A program made the translations under genes and the position numbers. A DNA stretch of 64,000 bases, taken from positions 537,006-601,005 of the forward strand of contig BCKQ01000002.1 in NCBI GenBank assembly GCA_001600695.1. Reading direction: 5' to 3'. Origin of the DNA: Ascoidea asiatica JCM 7603 (taxonomy: Eukaryota; Fungi; Ascomycota). The notes below the pieces were generated by a model. It saw nothing but the letters and a program-made list of their open reading frames with translations. It was not told the origin of the DNA and did no database searches. Positions 59,092 to 64,000 of the stretch are shown piece by piece (position 1 is the first letter of the stretch; each line of letters starts with the position of its first letter).

Positions 59092-59150
59092 TTATCACCT
59101 TTATCACAATTTATCATTTTTTATTACAATTTAACACAATTTATCACAAT
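59092..59150. repeat. About 10-bp tandem repeat (TTATCACAAT-like) containing four TGATAA GATA sites
   Basis: ttatcacct ttatcacaat ttatcatttt ttattacaat ttaacacaat ttatcacaat. Confidence 0.65.
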
Positions 59151-59370
59151 TTAGGAATTATTAATTATATTTCTGGCTTTTTAGTTCATTACACTACTAG
59201 TACTGTAAATGATTCATAATGAAGCTGTTTTTAAATAAATTCAAATTATAGTAATAAAACATTTTAATAAGAACAATAATAAAACTAATTATAGAAATAA
59301 AATAACAATAATAATAGATTATCATTTCGGTAACAATTCAAGAAATAATTTTTAATTTACATTAAATAAA

Positions 59371-59661
59371 ATGGATTTTATTAAAAACAAATCAAATAGT
59401 AGTATATTGACAGAAGATTTATCACGGTCTGGAACTTCTTCTCTGTCAATTTCAACTAATTCTTTTAATCAATTAAATCAATCAAAAAATCAACTTTATT
59501 CTAATTCTTCTGAATCTATGGAAGGAATTCATTTACAAGATATTTATGAAAATGATAATATTGATAATATTAACCCCAGTGATAATTTAATATCTCATGA
59601 TAATGAAAATTCTAATAACAATATCAACAATAACAATAATACTGATAACAATAACAATAAC

Positions 59662-59693
<32 letters not shown>

Positions 59694-61212
59694 TTTTCAA
59701 TTAGCTCCAGAAGATCTTCCACAAGGAAGACATATGGGTATTTGGGCAACAATTTTAATGTTTATATCAAGAATTGTTGGATCTGGAATATTTGCAGTTG
59801 GTTCAAGTATGTTTACAAGTTGTGGAGGTTGTTCATTTTTATTTTTTTTAGCATGGATTATTGGTGCTGTAATGTCATTTGCAGGTTTATTTATTTATAT
59901 GGAATTAGGTTCATTAATGCCACGTTCTGGTGGTACAAAAGTTTTTTTAGAAGTTATTTATGATAAACCAAAATATTTCACAAGTGTTTTATTTGGTTTA
60001 TATTCTATATTATTTGGATTTGTTATAACAAATGCAATAATTTTTGGAGATTATTTTCTTTATAGTTTTTCTTCAGATTCTAATAATATTAATGAAAATA
60101 ATAAATCTTCAAGATATATTGGAGTTTTATTAACTTTAGTTGCTGTTTTAATTCATGGATATTCTGTTAAAGCTGGAATTTTAGTTAATAATTTTGTTGG
60201 TGCATTAAAATTAATTTTATTAGCATTAATGTCAATAACTGGATTTTTTATATTAATTTTACCAACATCAATTTCAAAGATTGATAATCAATTAAATTGG
60301 AGTAATTTTTTTAAAACTGAAAGAGAAGTAACAATTTCATCATTTGGTGCAGCTGTACTTCAAGGAATTTTTTCATTTGGTGGTTGGAATAATGTTCATA
60401 CAGTTGCTTCTGAAATTAAAGATCCAGTAAGAACATTAAATATTGCAGGACCAGTTTCATTAATTATTATACTTATTTCATATATTTTTACAAATATAGC
60501 ATATTTAAAAGTTATACCACATGAAGAAATTTATAATTCTGGACAATTAATTGGATCATTATTATTTGAAAAAATATTTGGATATAAAATTGGTAGAAAA
60601 ATTTTAACAATGTCAGTTGCTTTATCTGCAGGTGGTAATGTATTTGTTGTATTATATGGAATTTCAAGAATGAGTCAAGAAGTATTTAGAGAAGGATATT
60701 TACCATTTTCATCATTTATGGCATCAAATAAACCATTTGGAGCACCATTACCTTCATTATTACTTTCATTTTTTATTACAGCATTTTTTATGATTATACC
60801 TCCAGCAGGTGATGATATTTATAGTTATATTGTTAATCTTGAATCATATATTTTTCAAATATTTATGATTTTTGTTGCAATTGGAGTTTTAATTATTAGA
60901 AAAAGAATTATTAAAAATAATGGACAACTTGAAAAAGGACCAAAAGCAGGTTATTTTGGTATTGGAATTACAATTATTTTTTCAATTTTATTAGTAATTG
61001 CACCATTTTTATCAAAAGATAGTGAAAATAATAAAATTAAAGGATTTCCAACATATTCTGTAATGAGTTTAATATTTATCTTTTCATTTATTCTTTATTG
61101 GGCTGTTTTTTTCAAATTACTTCCATTTATAGGAAACTATGAACTTGAGCCAGAAGAAGAAATACATGAAGATGGACTTGTTGTTAAAAGATGGGAAAAA
61201 ATTCCAAAATAA
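59371..61212 (+). CDS. MUP3: LAT-family low-affinity methionine permease (Mup3-like)
   Basis: PQGRHMG..SRIVGSGIF, ELGSLMPRSGG, FSFGGWN..EIKDP.R; about 12 TM segments; poly-Asn N-terminal tail. Confidence 0.82.
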
Positions 61213-61846
61213 TTCAAGATCAATTTCAAAATAAATTGAATAATGATCTCCAAATGCCAAAGAAGCATGAAATATAATTTATTTTATTGGTATTTTTATA
61301 GTTTATACATTTTACAAAGACTAGAACCCACAAAACTGGTCTCATTAGTTTATCCAGCGGAGTTAAGACTACTAAAAGATGTTCCACATACAGCAATAGT
61401 TTACAGTGCGGACATAACACGCCCCAGCAGCGCAACGAGTGCCGCTTTTGCAGAGCTCACACCGGGAAATTGAGCACTTCAACACTTTAAAAAGTGCTAA
61501 CCTCACTCAGTAACAGAGCTTGGTAGCTACCGGTGGGGAGTTGTATGCGTCATTATTATTAAGCATCTCGAACTTATTCATGATGAATAATTATGAATAA
61601 TTATGCAAATTTGGAACAATTATTTTAAATATCCATTGTCAATTATTCATTAATTAAAATTTCGAGTAATTATTCACTTTAATATTCTGTATATATAAAC
61701 TTATTAAATACCCTTTATAACTTTGCTCAGACTGATTTTTTGAATATCAAGTATAGCTATAATATTATTTTTTTTCTTCATTAGCTTGGTTTTTTAGCTA
61801 CTAAATTTTATTTTTATTTTTAACTCGATTTTTCAATATTAAAAAA

Positions 61847-62584
61847 ATGACAACTTCAAAAACAATATTTACTCCGATACCAGAAGCTCTAGAGGCTTTC
61901 AGTAAGTGATTTCATTTCATTCTATTTCATTTTTATTTTTCACTTTTTTCATGAATTTCATTTACTAATTTTTTTTTTTTTTTTCTCAATTAAAACAAAG
62001 AAAATGGTGAATATTTGGTAGTAATGGATGATGAAAGTAGAGAAAATGAAGGTGATATTATAATATCTGCAGAATTTATAACTCAAGAAAAGATGGCATT
62101 TATTGTTCGTCATTCTTCTGGTTATATTTGTGCTCCAGTTTCAAATGATATAGCAGATCGATTGGATTTACCATTTTTAATGGATCAAAAGAAACAAACT
62201 GATAGACATGGTACAGCATATACAATGACTATTGATTATAAAAATGGAACAACAACTGGTATTTCTTCAAAAGATCGTGCTTTAACATGTTTAAAATTAT
62301 CTGATAAAAATTCAAAAAAAGATGATTTCTTAAGACCTGGTCATATATGTCCATTAAGAGCTAAAAATGGTTATTTAAAAACAAGAAGAGGTCATACTGA
62401 AGCTGCTGTTGAATTATGTAGATTATCAAATTTACCACATGCTGCTGTTATATGTGAACTTGTAAGAGATCAAGATGGTTTAATGAAAAGATTAGATGAT
62501 TGTATCCAATTTTGTAATGAATATAAAATTAAACTTATCAATATTCAACAATTGGTTAATTATATGAATGAAAATAACTTATAA
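61847..62584 (+). CDS. RIB3: 3,4-dihydroxy-2-butanone-4-phosphate synthase; exon 1 61847-61901, intron 61902-62000, exon 2 62001-62584
   Basis: GTAAGT...TACTAAT...AAG splicing gives [37 protein letters not shown]; also RPGH, RRGHTEA. Confidence 0.95.
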
Positions 62585-62945
62585 TGTATTTTAGTATTCT
62601 AAATTTTCTTGTATAAATTTCATTAGTAATATTCTTTATTTTTTTAATTTTTATTTTATCATTTTTTTTTTCTTCTCTCGTCAAATGTAAACCACTTTTT
62701 TTTTTTACATTCGTTTAATAATGAGATAACGTTAGCAATAATCATTGATATATCATCCAACATTCACACTTACCTCTGTTCTTTTATCAAACGGAAAATG
62801 ATTTTTATTTAATCAAAACAATATATCCTTGAATTAATTTTACAAACCTTTTTTTAATTTTGATATGAAATTATAATAAAAAAATGTGTTAAAAGATTCA
62901 TTTCTATAATATAATATATTAACTTAATAAGAGACTATAGGTATA

Positions 62946-63470
62946 ATGGATGATAAGAATAATGAAAGATTGAATTTGCAAAGAATTAATTCTTTGGAAG
63001 CCATATCCCAATCCGGTTATTTGGATTTAGATCAACAAGAAGAAATGATTAATTTATTATCAAAACTTAATGAACAAAAAAGTATAAAAAATATAAATAT
63101 AATGTCAATAATATTCATTTTAGAAATTCCAATATTTTTATTCTATAAAGAAGTTAAATCAATTCCATTAATTTTATTCAGTACTTTAAATTTACGATTT
63201 TTAAATATTTATTCTCAAAAAAAAATAAAAATAAATTATATTTTAAAATTTATAATTATTTTATCTCTAATGATTTTAACTTTATTAAATATAATTAAAT
63301 TCATTTTTTTAAATGAAAAATTCTTAAAAAATAATATTTCTAATACTTTAATGATTCTTTTAACTATAATTAACTCATTTTTATCAATTTTTGTCAATTA
63401 TTCAGTGGCTAATTTGGAAAGTGACATAAACAATCTCAATAATTTAAAATATCAAAAAAAAAATGTTTGA
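62946..63470 (+). CDS. Small uncharacterised membrane protein (3-4 TM)
   Basis: 174-codon ATG-initiated ORF in very AT-rich DNA; hydrophobic core between LD..QEEMI..L and L..LKY..K.V ends. Confidence 0.6.
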   Translation: MDDKNNERLNLQRINSLEAISQSGYLDLDQQEEMINLLSKLNEQKSIKNINIMSIIFILEIPIFLFYKEVKSIPLILFSTLNLRFLNIYSQKKIKINYILKFIIILSLMILTLLNIIKFIFLNEKFLKNNISNTLMILLTIINSFLSIFVNYSVANLESDINNLNNLKYQKKNV

Positions 63471-63574
63471 TAATAAACAGTTAAAAAAAAATTCATTATT
63501 TTAAAAAAACGTTTCGTAAAGAAAAAAAAAAAAGTAAAAAATGATAATACATAACTATAGGTCTAATTAAAATT

Positions 63575-64000
63575 CTATAATATATCGTAAGCAAGTACCT
63601 TAAATGAAAGAGGTATATCCTCATCATCATATAGCAATCGTTTCATCTTCAGATAATAATCTACTCTAGAAGTTGAACTTGAATCCGAGTCTTTTCTATA
63701 TTTCCAAAAGACCCTTTCTTCAACTTTCAACTCTTCAATTTCTTTCATAAAAACCTGTCTGGTTTTCCTTAATTCATCTTCTTCTGCCTGACGTTCTTCA
63801 TCACCACAACTTTCAGAACTTAAATCAGATTCAGAAGAAATTTCCAAATCTAAATCTGTTCCATACTGAAATGGTTCTTCTATGAAGTCACTATTAAAAC
63901 CTAAATCTTTAGTTTTAAGATTTTTTCTATTTTGAGAGGGTCGGATTAAAAAACTTGTATTCCTTTTTTTTGAAGGTGATTTTAAGAATTCATTATTTGA
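63575..64000 (-). CDS. 3' end of an unidentified gene extending beyond the window
   Basis: The reading frame is open from the window edge (64000) to TAG at 63577-63575 (141 sense codons); charged and Ser-rich. Confidence 0.65.
   Translation of the reverse strand, partial: SNNEFLKSPSKKRNTSFLIRPSQNRKNLKTKDLGFNSDFIEEPFQYGTDLDLEISSESDLSSESCGDEERQAEEDELRKTRQVFMKEIEELKVEERVFWKYRKDSDSSSTSRVDYYLKMKRLLYDDEDIPLSFKVLAYDIL

Overview
AT-rich, gene-dense budding-yeast (Saccharomycotina) chromosomal segment with about 23 protein-coding genes: a SWIRM protein, LTV1, DED81/ProRS, a Ptm1-like membrane protein, HIT1, UBP14, DES1, a SIN3-like gene, IDI1, URA3, FAS2, a TPR-only CPR7, SRP54, SCD5, PRE10, GEM1, UTP13, SDO1, FKS1, MUP3, RIB3 and two orphans. 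PRE10, SDO1 and RIB3 each have a short 5' spliceosomal intron missed by the ORF track. CTG codon usage suggests a yeast with reassigned CUG (Ser or ambiguous); Ascoidea is a guess. Most notable: (1) FAS2 has two tandem acyl-carrier domains sharing a near-identical 119-nt core; (2) a box C/D snoRNA equivalent to snR38 lies in the intron of an apparently non-coding transcript divergent from UTP13; (3) GEM1 lacks its tail anchor; (4) CPR7 lacks its cyclophilin domain; (5) recurrent GC-rich intergenic islands sit within very AT-rich flanks. No tRNA, rRNA or intact transposon was recognised. All gene names come from recalled motifs, not database searches.
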